Assembly: GCF_001194135.2 (NCBI RefSeq) | Contig: NC_069007.1 | Location: 5,754,146 to 5,818,039, forward strand | Origin: Octopus bimaculoides | Taxonomy: Eukaryota | Reading direction: 5' to 3' | DNA length: 63,894 bases | Part shown: piece after piece, positions 12,913 to 25,841 of the stretch | How the letters are laid out: each line of letters begins with the position of its first letter | Numbering within the stretch: position 1 is the first letter of the stretch | Translations under genes and position numbers: made by a program | The notes under the pieces: generated by a model | Database searches by the model: none | What the model was told of the DNA's origin: nothing | The model's input: only the letters and a program-made list of their open reading frames with translations

Positions 12913-13447
12913 ATATATATATATATATATATATATATANNNNNNNNNNNNNNNNNNNNNNNNNNNNNNNNNNNNNNNNNNNNNNNNNNNNNNNNNNNNN
13001 NNNNNNNNNNNNNNNNNNNNNNNNNNNNNNNNNNNNNNNNNNNNNNNNNNNNNNNNNNNNNNNNNNNNNNNNNNNNNNNNNNNNNNNNNNNNNNNNNNNN
13101 NNNNNNNNNNNNNNNNNNNNNNNNNNNNNNNNNNNNNNNNNNNNNNNNNNNNNNNNNNNNNNNNNNNNNNNNNNNNNNNNNNNNNNNNNNNNNNNNNNNN
13201 NNNNNNNNNNNNNNNNNNNNNNNNNNNNNNNNNNNNNNNNNNNNNNNNNNNNNNNNNNNNNNNNNNNNNNNNNNGGTAAAAAATCAGATATTAATTAATA
13301 TCGATTTATTACCAGGAAGCTAGCACATTTAAAGAATCAGAGAGATTCAGAAAAAATATCTGAGATCTTAGGGGATTAAAGTATATGTTTATAACTATGA
13401 CCACTAAAGTGGACATTTAATGTGCTAGAACATGTGGCCTATTTCTA

Positions 13448-13483
<36 letters not shown>

Positions 13484-13815
13484 TAGAAATATATATATAT
13501 ATTATACAGCCAAGTAATATTTCAAATGCAATTTAGCCATGAAAACAGCAGAAAAATTGGGTATTTAACCCTTATAAGACAGAAAAGTTTTCCGCAGACG
13601 GGTATGAGACTTGACTCTATACCACTCATTTATTGGCTTAATACTCTATTATTAAGCTAAACTGCCTGCTGATAACTTTTTCTGTCTTATAAAGGTATAA
13701 ACTACCCAATCTTGCTGTTGTTTTCACAGTCATTCTATGTTCAAAGTATTACTTTCTTGTCTCTATAATATGAAACACATTCGACACTTCCAAAAACATA
13801 AACAGCTGTTTACAA

Positions 13816-14082
13816 CAGGGGTTTTTAAACTTTTTGACTTGCGGACCCCTTTGTATTTTAGGCTTTACCTTAGAGACCCCCTTATAAACACTTATGAAAT
13901 TTATACATAAATATTTGCTTAAAATAACATATATTTTTACATTTATTTATTTAACAGTATTTAACAAATAGGTTTATTGTCAATTAAAACATTTCGATTA
14001 AAAAACATATATAAAATCAAATTGCCCATAAAAAGTATTTGTTGCCCACGGATCCCCTGTCTTGTCCTTGTGGACCCCCTGT
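13816..14082 (+). mobile_element. hAT (Charlie-like) MITE lacking its right end
   Basis: Starts caggggtttttaaactttt...gcggacccc with subterminal ggacccc motifs. Its 3' part matches 47191-47309, which carries the right TIR agtttgaaaagccctg. Confidence 0.7.
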
Positions 14083-14164
14083 TTTACAATATGTTGTTAC
14101 ATTTCAAAAACACTATAATATTTAGTATTTAATTTGGCAGAGAGTTTAGCTTAATGGAACTTAC

Positions 14165-14211
14165 CTTCTTATACCTGGGCCCGTTTCTGATTCCACCATC
14201 CACCTAGGGTC
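14165..14211 (-). CDS. Candidate 47-nt exon
   Basis: Strong acceptor ttttttttttcttgttcag| and donor AAG|GTAAGT. Reads DPRWMVESETGPGIR (phase 0) or TLGGWWNQKRAQV* (phase 2). It could also be UTR. Confidence 0.6.
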
Positions 14212-15692
14212 CTGAACAAGAAAAAAAAAATTAAATAAATGGCTGTTTATACAGCTCCAGACCAATGATTACAGGTAAACTAATGGTCAGAATCATAAAA
14301 AAAAAATTCAATAGAATAACAATGTGTGTGTGTAAAGAATTTTGTTGTTGTTGGCACTCCGTCGCTTACGACGTCGAGGGTTCCAGTTGATCCGATCAAC
14401 GGAACAGCCTGCTCGGGAAATGCTATTCCTGGCATTTTGGTCTGTTCGTTATGGAATTCACGATACAGAAAGAAATAGTTATTCTTTGAAAATTTGGAAA
14501 TACCAATCTGACACTTTCAGGCTTGTTCCGTCAACTGGCAGCAGAGAGTTTTTAAGTTTCCAAGACATTTTCTAATATTTTATGTATTATAAGTTATTGT
14601 AAGGAATTTTCAATTATTTNNNNNNNNNNNNNNNNNNNNNNNNNNNNNNNNNNNNNNNNNNNNNNNNNNNNNNNNNNNNNNNNNNNNNNNNNNNNNNNNN
14701 NNNNNNNNNNNNNNNNNNNNNNNNNNNNNNNNNNNNNNNNNNNNNNNNNNNNNNNNNNNNNNNNNNNNNNNNNNNNNNNNNNNNNNNNNNNNNNNNNNNN
14801 NNNNNNNNNNNNNNNNNNNNNNNNNNNNNNNNNNNNNNNNNNNNNNNNNNNNNNNNNNNNNNNNNNNNNATCGACCCCCACCACCCAGTACTTATTTTTT
14901 GTTAAGACTGACACTTATTCTATTGGTCTTTCTCGCCGAACTGCTAAGTTACAGGGAAGTAAAGACACAGACACCAGTTGTCAAGTGGTAGTGGTGGTGA
15001 TGGTAGGGAAACACAGACACGAGGGCCAATCACACAGTACTGGCAGCGACCACGCTCAAAAAGGTGTTTTTTACGTGCCACCTGCACGGGAGCCAGTCCA
15101 GCGGCACTGGCAACGACCTCGCTCAAATGATTTTCTAATGTACCACCAGCACAAGTGCTAGAAGGCAACGCTGGTAACGATGACGCTCAAATGGTACTAT
15201 TTATGGGCCACTAGCACTGAAGCCAGACAGCAGCTCTGGTAATGAACACACTCGACAATGCTGTTAGTGCTCCACTGGCACAATGACACATACATATACA
15301 TATATTATCTACTTAAATGATGCAATACATGTCTCTAAGTGCTATTAATAGTTTCAGATGTTGAGAAATATCATAAATATATTCTTCAGGCACAAACCAC
15401 AAATCATTACAAACTAAAAAAAGTTGATTTTTACTTTCTGTGTTTTCTATAAGCTGCTTTCTAAGTTTTTTGCATTTCTTCTCTTATTCAATTTTTTTTT
15501 AGTTCGTTATATGTGATTTGCACCTGAAAAATATGGTTGAGATATTTCTCAACATATGAAACTATTAGTAGCACATAAAGACAGGTATTGTGATCTTTAA
15601 ATAAATAATATTTATCGCTCACCAGATGGAGTACTTGTTTTGTTGAATTTTCTATCACAGAACAATACATTATCAGTATGCATGTGTGTGTG

Positions 15693-15743
<51 letters not shown>

Positions 15744-16124
15744 AGAGGGAGAGAGAAAGAGAGAGAGGTAGAAATGCAGATATACATAGTTAGGAGCACA
15801 ATAAATATAGAATGAAATATCAAGAAATTATGAAACTCATAAGGTGTTTCAGGAAGCCAAAATTAAAGGGATAATTATAATTTTTGTAGGCAATATTCAC
15901 AAAAAATCAGAATAATGAAACTGGTGACAAGTTACAGTCACATGCAGATACTACATTGAGCGCAACCCCGCGTGACAATTGTGGATCGTGCCCTGGAGGG
16001 AGAAACTGGGGATTAATTTTAAATTCATTCAAACAATGCTATGTGTTTTCTATACATAACTTATCTAGCACTCACCTAATGAATGTATATGCATGCATAC
16101 ATACATATATATGCTTCGATTCCC

Positions 16125-16430
16125 ACATGCACATATCGTGGTTAGGGCGTTGCACTCCCGATTGTGAGATCATGGGTTCAAGTCCCAGACTGGGCATTGT
16201 ATTGTGTTCTTAAGCAAAACATTTCGCTTCATGTTGCTCTGAGATCATTTCGCCATCTGACATGTGGCTCATGGTGCACCTGTACAGGTAACATCAATTT
16301 GATGGAGAGAGTGAGCTTATGTCTACACAAACATTTGAGCCCTATAAACACATCATCTGTGTGGTTGTTCAGCAACAAATTGCTGACCCCTCATATATCG
16401 TCTAACAACGGGAGAGTCCATATATATATT
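16125..16430 (+). mobile_element. SINE family E (tRNA head plus CORE-like body ttgtgttcttgagcaa..acactt..tttcacgttgctc)
   Basis: Related heads with variable tails at about 18145-18345(+), 22850-23185(+), 27735-28080(-), 46750-46990(+), 47405-47660(+), 58965-59185(-). Confidence 0.7.
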
Positions 16431-16435
16431 ATTTA

Positions 16436-16659
16436 ATTCTTTTACTTGTTTGAATCATTTGACTGCAGCCATGCTGGAGCACCACCTTTAGTTGAGCAAA
16501 TCCACCCCAGGACTTATTCTTTGTAAGCTTAGTACTTATTCTATCAGTCTCTTTTGCCGAACCGCTAAGTTACGGGTGACGTAAACACACCAGCATCGGT
16601 TGTAAAGCAATGTTGGAGAGGACAAGCACAGATGCACAAACATATACACACACACACAC

Positions 16660-16719
<60 letters not shown>

Positions 16720-16877
16720 GATGGGTTTCTTTCAGTTCTTGTCTACTAAATCCACTCGCAAGGCTTTAGTCGGCCTGAGGCTATAGTAGAAGACACTTGC
16801 CCAAGGTGCCACACAGTGGGGACTAAATCCAGAACCATGACATTGGTAAGCAAGATACTTACCACACAGCCACTCTT
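16436..16877 (-). mobile_element. SINE family A
   Basis: Reverse complement of the family A sequence, with the internal (CA)/(TA)/(TG) tract. Confidence 0.9.
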
Positions 16878-18379
16878 ATTTATATATATNNNNNNNNNNN
16901 NNNNNNNNNNNNNNNNNNNNNNNNNNNNNNNNNNNNNNNNNNNNNNNNNNNNNNNNNNNNNNNNNNNNNNNNNNNNNNNNNNNNNNNNNNNNNNNNNNNN
17001 NNNNNNNNNNNNNNNNNNNNNNNNNNNNNNNNNNNNNNNNNNNNNNNNNNNNNNNNNNNNNNNNNNNNNNNNNNNNNNNNNNNNNNNNNNNNNNNNNNNN
17101 NNNNNNNNNNNNNNNNNNNNNNNNNNNNNNNNNNNNNNNNNNNNNNNNNNNNNNNNNNNNNNNNNNNNNNNNNNNNNNNNNNNNNNNNNNNNNNNNNNNN
17201 NNNNNNNNNNNNNNNNNNNNNNNNNNNNNNNNNNNNNNNNNNNNNNNNNNNNNNNNNNNNNNNNNNNNNNNNNNNNNNNNNNNNNNNNNNNNNNNNNNNN
17301 NNNNNNNNNNNNNNNNNNNNNNNNNNNNNNNNNNNNNNNNNNNNNNNNNNNNNNNNNNATATATATATATATATATATATATAAGTTCAAAAAAACAATA
17401 ACAAAAAGACAACAAAGTGAGGACGTGATACGGATAGTGTTATTGGACGCTCCGGGAAAGGGTGTTATCATTAAGTAAGAAATTCAAGAGATTTAATGGA
17501 TATAAATAAATTAATTAATAAACATTGCCTAGAATTGTTTCAATTCATGCCTAATACAAATTACAAAACATATATACTAATAAATTTCATTGAATCACTC
17601 TCGTTGTTGGTGTAAGTGTAAACCCTTTGTCCAGAGAGTAAATATCATCAATAATTTCTTCAACTGGAAAGAGTCTAGGCCTTACACATTTACAAGACAA
17701 AGTGCCAGGTTCATCTCATGCTCATTTCATCACCAAGTCGATTTTTTTGTGGGGTGGGGGAATTATAAATAAAACTAAGCCACAACTATATGGATACTCT
17801 TAACAATGAGTCATAAACACACTTGACAACAAAGATACAACACAATCACTCATCAAATTTTCATATTTTATCTTCTTCTTCTCCATGCGCAGTTCATTAC
17901 CATTTTTGCAGGAATCTGGCAGAGATGACATTTAAGCTATTTCCACTATTGCAAGAACATGGCATGACAGGGCTAAAACATCAATATATTGACGTCCAAT
18001 CAATAGCTGCTGTCAAATTAATTGATTATACACTTCTCTGTGCAAAATTCCAACTATTACTTTACAATTATCAATATATTTTCATTCATTTTTTAAAGAC
18101 CCAATTTTATCATCTTTCTGTACAGGTCTGGGTTCATCAAAGGCATGTGGACTAAGGGTTATGGAGTTGCACTCACAATCACAGGTTCATGGTTTCGATT
18201 TCTGGACCAGGTGATGTATGGAGAACATGAGCAGAACACTGTATTTCATGTTGTCCCAGTTCACTCAGCTGTAAACGAGTAACCCTGCAAATAGACTGGC
18301 ATCTCGTTTAGGGTGGAATGTTTTGATCTCCATCACTGAGTTCAGAAGAGAGTCTCTAATTTGATTGGTCCTTCTCATG

Positions 18380-18675
18380 CTTCACCTCTGCAACCCTTGA
18401 CACATCGACATGACATCACCAGTCTCAGCCTTTTTCTTTTGTTATTATCACTGGATGTACTTTGATAAGCTTTCTCTCTTAATTCCAGATAACTTTGTGC
18501 CATCTCACCTGACTCAGAACTTCATCCAAATGCTCTTCCATCTCATAACTTTCCTCATTCTTATGACCTGAATTCTTTCAAGTCTAAAGTAAATTCATCC
18601 CTTTCATCTTAATTTCTCCTCCATAGTCCCTTACACTAAGAGGTTTCCTGCCTTGTTTGGGACTTCCTAATAAAG
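18380..18675 (+). mobile_element. 3' fragment of a CR1/Jockey-group LINE
   Basis: Translates PLQPLTHRHDITSLSLF... and NALPSHNFPHSYDLNSFKSKVNSSLSS*, a typical post-RT C-terminus, then a 3'UTR ending aataaag. Confidence 0.65.
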
Positions 18676-18916
18676 ACGTAAACAATTATACACCATAGAA
18701 TCTGGCCACTTGCATGTTAATTTCACAAGCAGGCTGTACTGTTGATCAGATCAACTGGAACCCTTGACGTCGTAAGCGACAGAGTGCCAACAACAACAAC
18801 AAACATAATGTCAATCTTTGAATATTAATTCCCTGTTTGAACAATTTCTGTTGTTGCGATCAGAAGTTCAACCTTTTTATACTTAAGAATTTGCCTGATC
18901 GTAACAGAATACATAC

Positions 18917-19007
18917 ACAAGCATCAATAGAAGGTATATTGGTAAAATATTCTCATCAAATCTTCCAGCAAGGATAGACATAACAGATTGAATGTCATTG
19001 TTCGGAA
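18917..19007 (-). CDS. Candidate 91-nt coding exon (phase 1-2) ending in a hydrophobic stretch
   Basis: Acceptor tactttttcttctcag| and donor GT|GTATGT. Only one frame is open: xPNNDIQSVMSILAGRFDENILPIYLLLML(V). Confidence 0.6.
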
Positions 19008-19069
19008 CTGAGAAGAAAAAGTATGGACCATCGAAGAAATTGTCGGCCTTGCTGGAGGGAATATCTTTC

Positions 19070-19278
19070 TCTCTTTACTCTTTTACTTGTTTCAGTCATA
19101 TGATTGTGGCCATGCTGGAGCACCGGCTTTAATCGAGCAAATCGACCCCAGGACTTATTCTTTGTAAGCCTAGTACTTATTCTATTGGTCTCTTGTGCTG
19201 AACCGCTAAGTTACGGGGACGTAAACACACCAGCATCGGTTGTCAAGCGATGCTGGGGGGACAAACACAGACACACAA

Positions 19279-19327
<49 letters not shown>

Positions 19328-19677
19328 NNNNNNNNNNNNNNNNNNNNNNNNNNNNNNNNNNNNNNNNNNNNNNNNNNNNNNNNNNNNNNNNNNNNNNNNN
19401 NNNNNNNNNNNNNNNNNNNNNNNNNNNNNNNNNNNNNNNNNNNNNNNNNNNNNNNNNNNNNNNNNNNNNNNNNNNNNNNNNNNNNNNNNATATATACATA
19501 TATATACATATATACGACGGGCTTCTTTCAGTTTCCATCTACCAAATCCACTCACAAGGCTTTGGTCGGCCCGAGGCTAAAGTAGAAGACACTTGCCCAA
19601 GGTGCCATGCAGTGGGACTGAACCCGGAACCATGTGGTTGGTAAGCAAGCTACTTACCACACAGCCACTCCTGCGCC
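19070..19677 (-). mobile_element. SINE family A (internal TA tract spans an assembly gap)
   Basis: Both halves match family A. The gap at 19328-19489 lies inside the (TA)n. Confidence 0.9.
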
Positions 19678-19689
19678 TTCAAAAGTTAA

Positions 19690-19845
19690 AGAAAATGAGG
19701 ATAACTATGAAGAACTGATTTGAAACCTCCTGGTTTTATATCCAGATTATAAATTCCCATTTATACCAATAATAATCTTCACATTGGTTGTCTGAGTAAA
19801 TGCTTGAGTGCCAATCAGGAAGATTTAAGGTTTTCAGGTAAACAA
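19690..19845 (+). mobile_element. Decayed C-terminal endonuclease fragment of an R4/Dong-like LINE
   Basis: Clearly homologous by eye to the minus strand of 56490-56680. Remnant translation NYEELI..YPDYKFPFIPII..IGCLSKCLSANQEDLRFS. Confidence 0.55.
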
Positions 19846-20280
19846 GGTGTAGGAGTGGCTGTGTGGTAAGTAGCTTGCTTACCAACCACATGGTTCCGGG
19901 TTCAGTCCCACTGCGTGGCACCTTGGGCAAGTGTCTTCTACTATAGCCTCGGGCTGACCAAAGCCTTGTGAGTGGATTTGGTAGACGGAAACTGAAAGAA
20001 GCCTATCGTATATATGTATATATATGTATATATATATCTATCTATATATATATATATTTGTATGTGTGTGTATATGTTTGTGTGTCTGTGTTTGTCCTCC
20101 CACCATCGCTTGACAACCGATGCTGGTGTGTTTACGTCCCTGTAACTTAGCAGTTTGGCAAAATAGGCCGGTAGAATAAGTACTAGGCTTCCAAAGAATA
20201 AGTCCTGGGATCGATTTGCTCAACTAAAGGGGGTGCTCCAGCATGGCCACAGTCAAATGACTGAAGCAAGTAAAAGAGTA
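19846..20280 (+). mobile_element. SINE family A, full length
   Basis: Matches 4446-4858 end to end. Confidence 0.9.
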
Positions 20281-20954
20281 AACCAACCAGCTGACTTGAA
20301 CATTACAGGTACAATCTGCAAGCAGAACAGTAAAAGTACGCAAGACTTTTCACAATTTTAGCCTGTATCATGGTTTATTTTATCTTCTTTTTTTTGTTTT
20401 TCTCTCAATTCCAACAACAGAGCTTTGTATCTATGTTAAAAAACCAGCTCCTTTCTTATAGGAAGACTTAATTATGTCGGTCTTGTTTTATTAATCCACT
20501 AATTAACTAAGAACCATAAAAGCAGAGCTCCAGAATGGACACGGTCTAGTATCAGGAATCAGTAACAAAAAAAAAAAACGCAAAAAAAGAAAATAAGCTG
20601 AAAATCTCAAACATTTTCTTTTCTTCGATGTTTCTATTGTTTCTGATTTATTGTTGTTTCGACGCTGACAGGAAAATCTAAGATTTATTAGGAAAACAAA
20701 CAGGAGGGCATACGACAGTTTCACAATGTTTCCTGCCCTGGGGAAATATAAGCAACGAGACAGAGTTATAATTCATGGATAGAATCCATGTGCGAATGAG
20801 ACAGCAGATATTTTCAGTATTAAAACAATTAATGCGAATAGTATTTAAGAAGCAAGGTTTTATTTGTAGCAGGCATTAGACTGTGGCCATTCTGGGGCAC
20901 CAGCTTGAAGAGTTTTAGTTGAACAGATTGATCACAAGACATTCTTTTATTCTT

Positions 20955-21584
20955 TTATTCTTTTACTTGTTTCAGTCATTTGATTGTGGCCATGCTGGAG
21001 CACCGCCTTTAGTCGAGCAAATCGACCCCAGGACTTATTCTTTGGAAGCCTAGTACTTATTCTATCGGTCTCTTTTTGCCGAACCGCTAAGTTACGGGGA
21101 CCTAAACAAACCAGCATCGGTTGTCAAGCGATGTTGGGTGGACAAACACAGATACACAACAAATACACACATACATATATATATACATATATACGACGGG
21201 CTTCTTTCAGTTTCCGTCTACCAAATCCACTCACAAGGTTTTGGTCGGCCCGAGGCTATAGTAGAAGACACTTGCCCAGTGGGACTGAACCCGGAACCAT
21301 GTAGTTGGCAAGCAAGCTACTTACCACACAGGGGATATTCAGCATGACACAGTGTGACAAGGCTGACCCTTTGAATTACAGGCACAACAGAAACATGAAG
21401 TAAGAGTGAGAGAAAGTCATGGCGAAAGAGTACAGCAGGGTTCGCCACCATCCCCTGCCGGAGCTTCGTGAAGCTTTAGGTGTTTTCGCTCAATAAACAC
21501 TCATAACGCCCAGTCTGGGAATCGAAACCGCGATCCTATGACCACGAGTCCGCTGCCCTAACCACTAGGCCATTGCACCTCCAC
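20955..21584 (-). mobile_element. Family A copy (20955-21329) fused to the 5' two-thirds of a family B copy (21331-21584)
   Basis: Direct match to both family sequences. Confidence 0.85.
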
Positions 21585-21949
21585 CTGTGCCAGTAACACA
21601 TAGGTGACACCCATGTTGGTGACATGTTAAAGGCACCCAGTACACTCTGTAGAGTGGTTGGCATTAGGAAGGGCATGAAGCCATAGACAGGAGCCTGGTG
21701 CATCTCTCTGGCTTACCAGTTCCGGTTAAACCACATTGAAACCCATGCCAGCATGGAAAATGGATGCTAAATGATGATGATGATGATGAAGATGATCGTT
21801 CATTAATCAAATTAAATAAGATGGCATTTGATTTAATGGTAATTAAAGAAGACATTGAAGAAAACACTGAAAGTCTTCTGGGAATTATCTATTTTTCACT
21901 TTGACCTTAGTGGGATGTTTTGTGTTAGCAGACATAAATTCCTATTGTT

Positions 21950-21998
<49 letters not shown>

Positions 21999-22444
21999 CC
22001 ATTGTCTGCTTTGTCATTGTTGTTGTTGTGGTCTTCACCACCACCACCACCATAACCAGCACCACCGCAACAAAAAGTAAGCAGTAGTCGGGTTCAGAAC
22101 ATAATATGAAATTAAATAATAAATAAATAGAACAGGAATTACATAATCAAATTCAGTAGCTTGCAGTTGTTTCTGCTATAAGATACAGGGTGTTCAGTGC
22201 TGGGTGCTTGTGCATCAACTTAAAGCTTCCTTAGAACTTTTAAAATGAACCTTCATGTGTGTGTATGTGTGTGTGTGTGTGTGTGTGTGTATGTATACAC
22301 AAATGTATGTATGTGTGTGTGTATATATATATATGCATATATATATATATTAAAAATGAAGACGGCTGGTTTACGGGTTTATTTCTAATATATACTGGTC
22401 TATATTTTAGAAAGTGCTTCTTTCAGATTAATGTTTTTTACAGA

Positions 22445-22484
<40 letters not shown>

Positions 22485-22697
22485 NNNNNNNNNNNNNNNN
22501 NNNNNNNNNNNNNNNNNNNNNNNNNNNNNNNNNNNNNNNNNNNNNNNNNNNNNNNNNNNNNNNNNNNNNNNNNNNNNNNNNNNNNNNNNNNNNNNNNNNN
22601 NNNNNNNNNNNNNNNNNNNNNNNNNNNNNNNNNNNNNNNNNNNNNNNNNNNNNNNNNNNNNNNNNNNNNNNNNNNNNNNNNNNNNNNNNNNNNNNNN

Positions 22698-22749
<52 letters not shown>

Positions 22750-22755
22750 GTTATA

Positions 22756-22845
<90 letters not shown>

Positions 22846-22849
22846 TGTG

Positions 22850-23185
22850 AAGGCACATGGCTCTGTGGTTAGGGCGTTGAGCTTACAAGCGTGAGGTTGT
22901 GAGTTCGAAACCTGGACTCGGCTGCATGTTGTGTTCTTGAGCAAGACACTTTATTTCACTTTACTTCCAGTTCCCTCAGATGTAGAAATGAGTTGCAACG
23001 TCACAGATGCCAAGCTGTATCGGCCCCTTTGCCTTTCCCTTGAATAATACTGGTGGTGTGGAGAGGGGAGGCTGGTATGCATGGGTGACTGCTGGTCTTG
23101 CAGAACAAACCTTGCCCAGACTTGTGCCTCGGAGGGTAGCTATCTAGGTGCAATCCCAGGGTCAGTCATGACTGAAGGGGGTCCC
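22850..23185 (+). mobile_element. SINE family E variant (tail gagttgcaacgtcac...ggtgcaatccca.ggtca.tcatgac)
   Basis: An opposite-orientation homologue lies at about 27735-28080. Confidence 0.75.
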
Positions 23186-24889
23186 AGCATATATAAATCA
23201 TGTTAATGATTTTTATCAAGTAATCAGCAGTCTATAAAAATTTATAGGCATTTAATACATTAAATTAATAATAACATACAAATGTATATAATCATATGAA
23301 GTGAGCTGTGTGTGTGTGTGTGTGTGTATCATCATCATCATCATCATCTTTTAACGTATGTTTTTCGTGCTGGCATGGGTTAGACAGTTTGACTGGGGTC
23401 TGGCAAGCCAGGAGGCTGCACCAGGCTCCAATCTGATCTGGCAATGTTTCCACAGCTGGATGCCCTTCTTAATGCCAACTATATCCAGAGTATTGTGGGT
23501 GCTTTTATGTGTCTAATTTTGTGTTACTGTGTGTGTTTGTTTACACTTGCAATCCGTGAAAGTTGTGAGCAACAAATGATGTGGTTATGTCACTTATTCT
23601 ATCAACAAATCATTAAAGAAAACTCTTATTTAAAGGAATTATTAAGTGTTTGTGACAGGAAGGGCATCTGATTGTAATGCAACAACTCAATAATATATTT
23701 ATGTAACTCCTGCCACATGGAAAAAAATGGATAAAGAAAAAACCACATGTCCACGTGCACACATTCACACATGCACATGTGTGCATGTGCACTTGTGCAC
23801 TCATATAGACATATGCATATATATGCACACATGCACATATATACACACATAACACATGTATATATATATACACATATATACATCACACATGTACATAAAT
23901 ATACACACACTTGCACAGATATAGACATGCACACACACACACACACATATATATAAATAAACACACATGCAAGCATATATACACATGCTCATATATATAT
24001 ATACACATACGCTATTACATATATTTAATATGTATGCATATATATATATATATGCACATGCACATTTATATGCAAACACACATATCCACACACGTGTACG
24101 TATTATACACACAGGCAAACTGCATTACAGACATTTCTCCAGAAATAAACAAGAGTGACAACCATTACACACCATTACAGCTCTTGATACACCGTATACA
24201 CTCTTTCAATCAGAGCAGATAATGTATTTGTTCCAGAGAGCTACATTAATGTTACTATTAAGGTCAGGTTGTTTCAAACTCATGCCCTCATCGGTGGCCT
24301 TTGCTTTATCTTGCCATAATTTCCTTTCTGATTACTATTGCATAGAACCCCCTTTTTTTCTGAACATTCCACCAAACTTGTCTGATGATTAGTAATTTAT
24401 CAATATTCAAATCAAGATCTGGTTTTAAATCAAATTTTAAAGGTCCTTTTTTTTTTATTATATTCACATTAAATTCAATATTTGTTTTCGGCCATTTTAA
24501 AAATCTATTTATTTATTTATTTACTTTATTCTTCTTTTTTTTTATGAATAACTTAAATACTGAATATTGCATTCTTGATATTTTATTGATTTTAAAAACC
24601 AATATTTTTATTCTTATTTCTCTCCCTTTTTTTCCCCTTTCACTTTAAATGGATGAAACGAGCAATTGCACCGTTTTTAAATATAGCTAATTATTGATAG
24701 AACAGTTACCAATGACTGACTTGACATTTTCAGAGAAAAATCTTCTTGAAAGACCGAAGAATTATTTGTGCTCCAATTTCTATTGAATATAGCAAAACTA
24801 CACATAATAACAATTTTTTAATGAAATACAGAAGCCCTTATTTTCTCAAAAACCATTTTACAATTCCTGTTCTGTACACACCCTTAGAT

Positions 24890-25450
24890 TCCTCTTCATT
24901 TTATTTCTCTTTTTCAAAGCAGAGCAATATTCCTTTAACAATTTTTTTTAATCATATAACTTCTTGCTCTTACAAAGTACCAAATATTTTCTCCCTTTTC
25001 AAATGACACTGACCTCCTTACAACCTTTCATAATTATGTTTCCCCTTGCTCTTACATCCAACTCTTCTTTTTTCCAACTCCCTTTCCAAATACAGGGGGG
25101 TCTTTTTTTATTTTTTATAACGTTCCATAATCAAGCTTCTGCTTGATCTTGCGGAATACTTTCTTGTTCCCAGTTTTCAGAATACAAAGATCTCTTAATA
25201 ACATTTCATAATTAGGTTTCTGTTTCCTCTTATATCAAAGATTTTCTTGTACCCTCTCTTCAAAATGCAGGGGTCTTTTTATAGCGTTCTATAATTAACT
25301 TTCTGTTTGCTCTATACAGGGGACACCTTTGTGTCCTGCTTTTCAAAATGCAGGCCTATCATTTATAACATAGCATAAATATATCTCTGCTTACGTTTAC
25401 AGATTACTCTTTCTTCCTCTCTTTTTCAGAATGCAGGGATCTCTTCTTTC
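24890..25450. repeat. Degenerate tandem repeat, about 7 units of 83-91 bp
   Basis: The anchor ttttca(a/g)aat(g/a)cag recurs at about 24911, 24997, 25083, 25174, 25257, 25340 and 25423. Confidence 0.75.
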
Positions 25451-25805
25451 TTTCCTTTTTCTTGTTTATTTCATCTTAGTTAAAGAAAAAGAAAATATTT
25501 CATTCAATTCACATTAATCAATTTTGAAAGGGATGTGTGCATGCATGGGTTTACATAAATATATATGCTTATATATATATATATTATATACACACATATA
25601 TGCTTATATATATATATNNNNNNNNNNNNNNNNNNNNNNNNNNNNNNNNNNNNNNNNNNNNNNNNNNNNNNNNNNNNNNNNNNNNNNNNNNNNNNNNNNN
25701 NNNNNNNNNNNNNNNNNNNNNNNNNNNNNNNNNNNNNNNNNNNNNNNNNNNNNNNNNNNNNNNNNNNNNNNNNNNNNNNNNNNNNNNNNNNNNNNNNNNN
25801 NNNNN

Positions 25806-25841
<36 letters not shown>

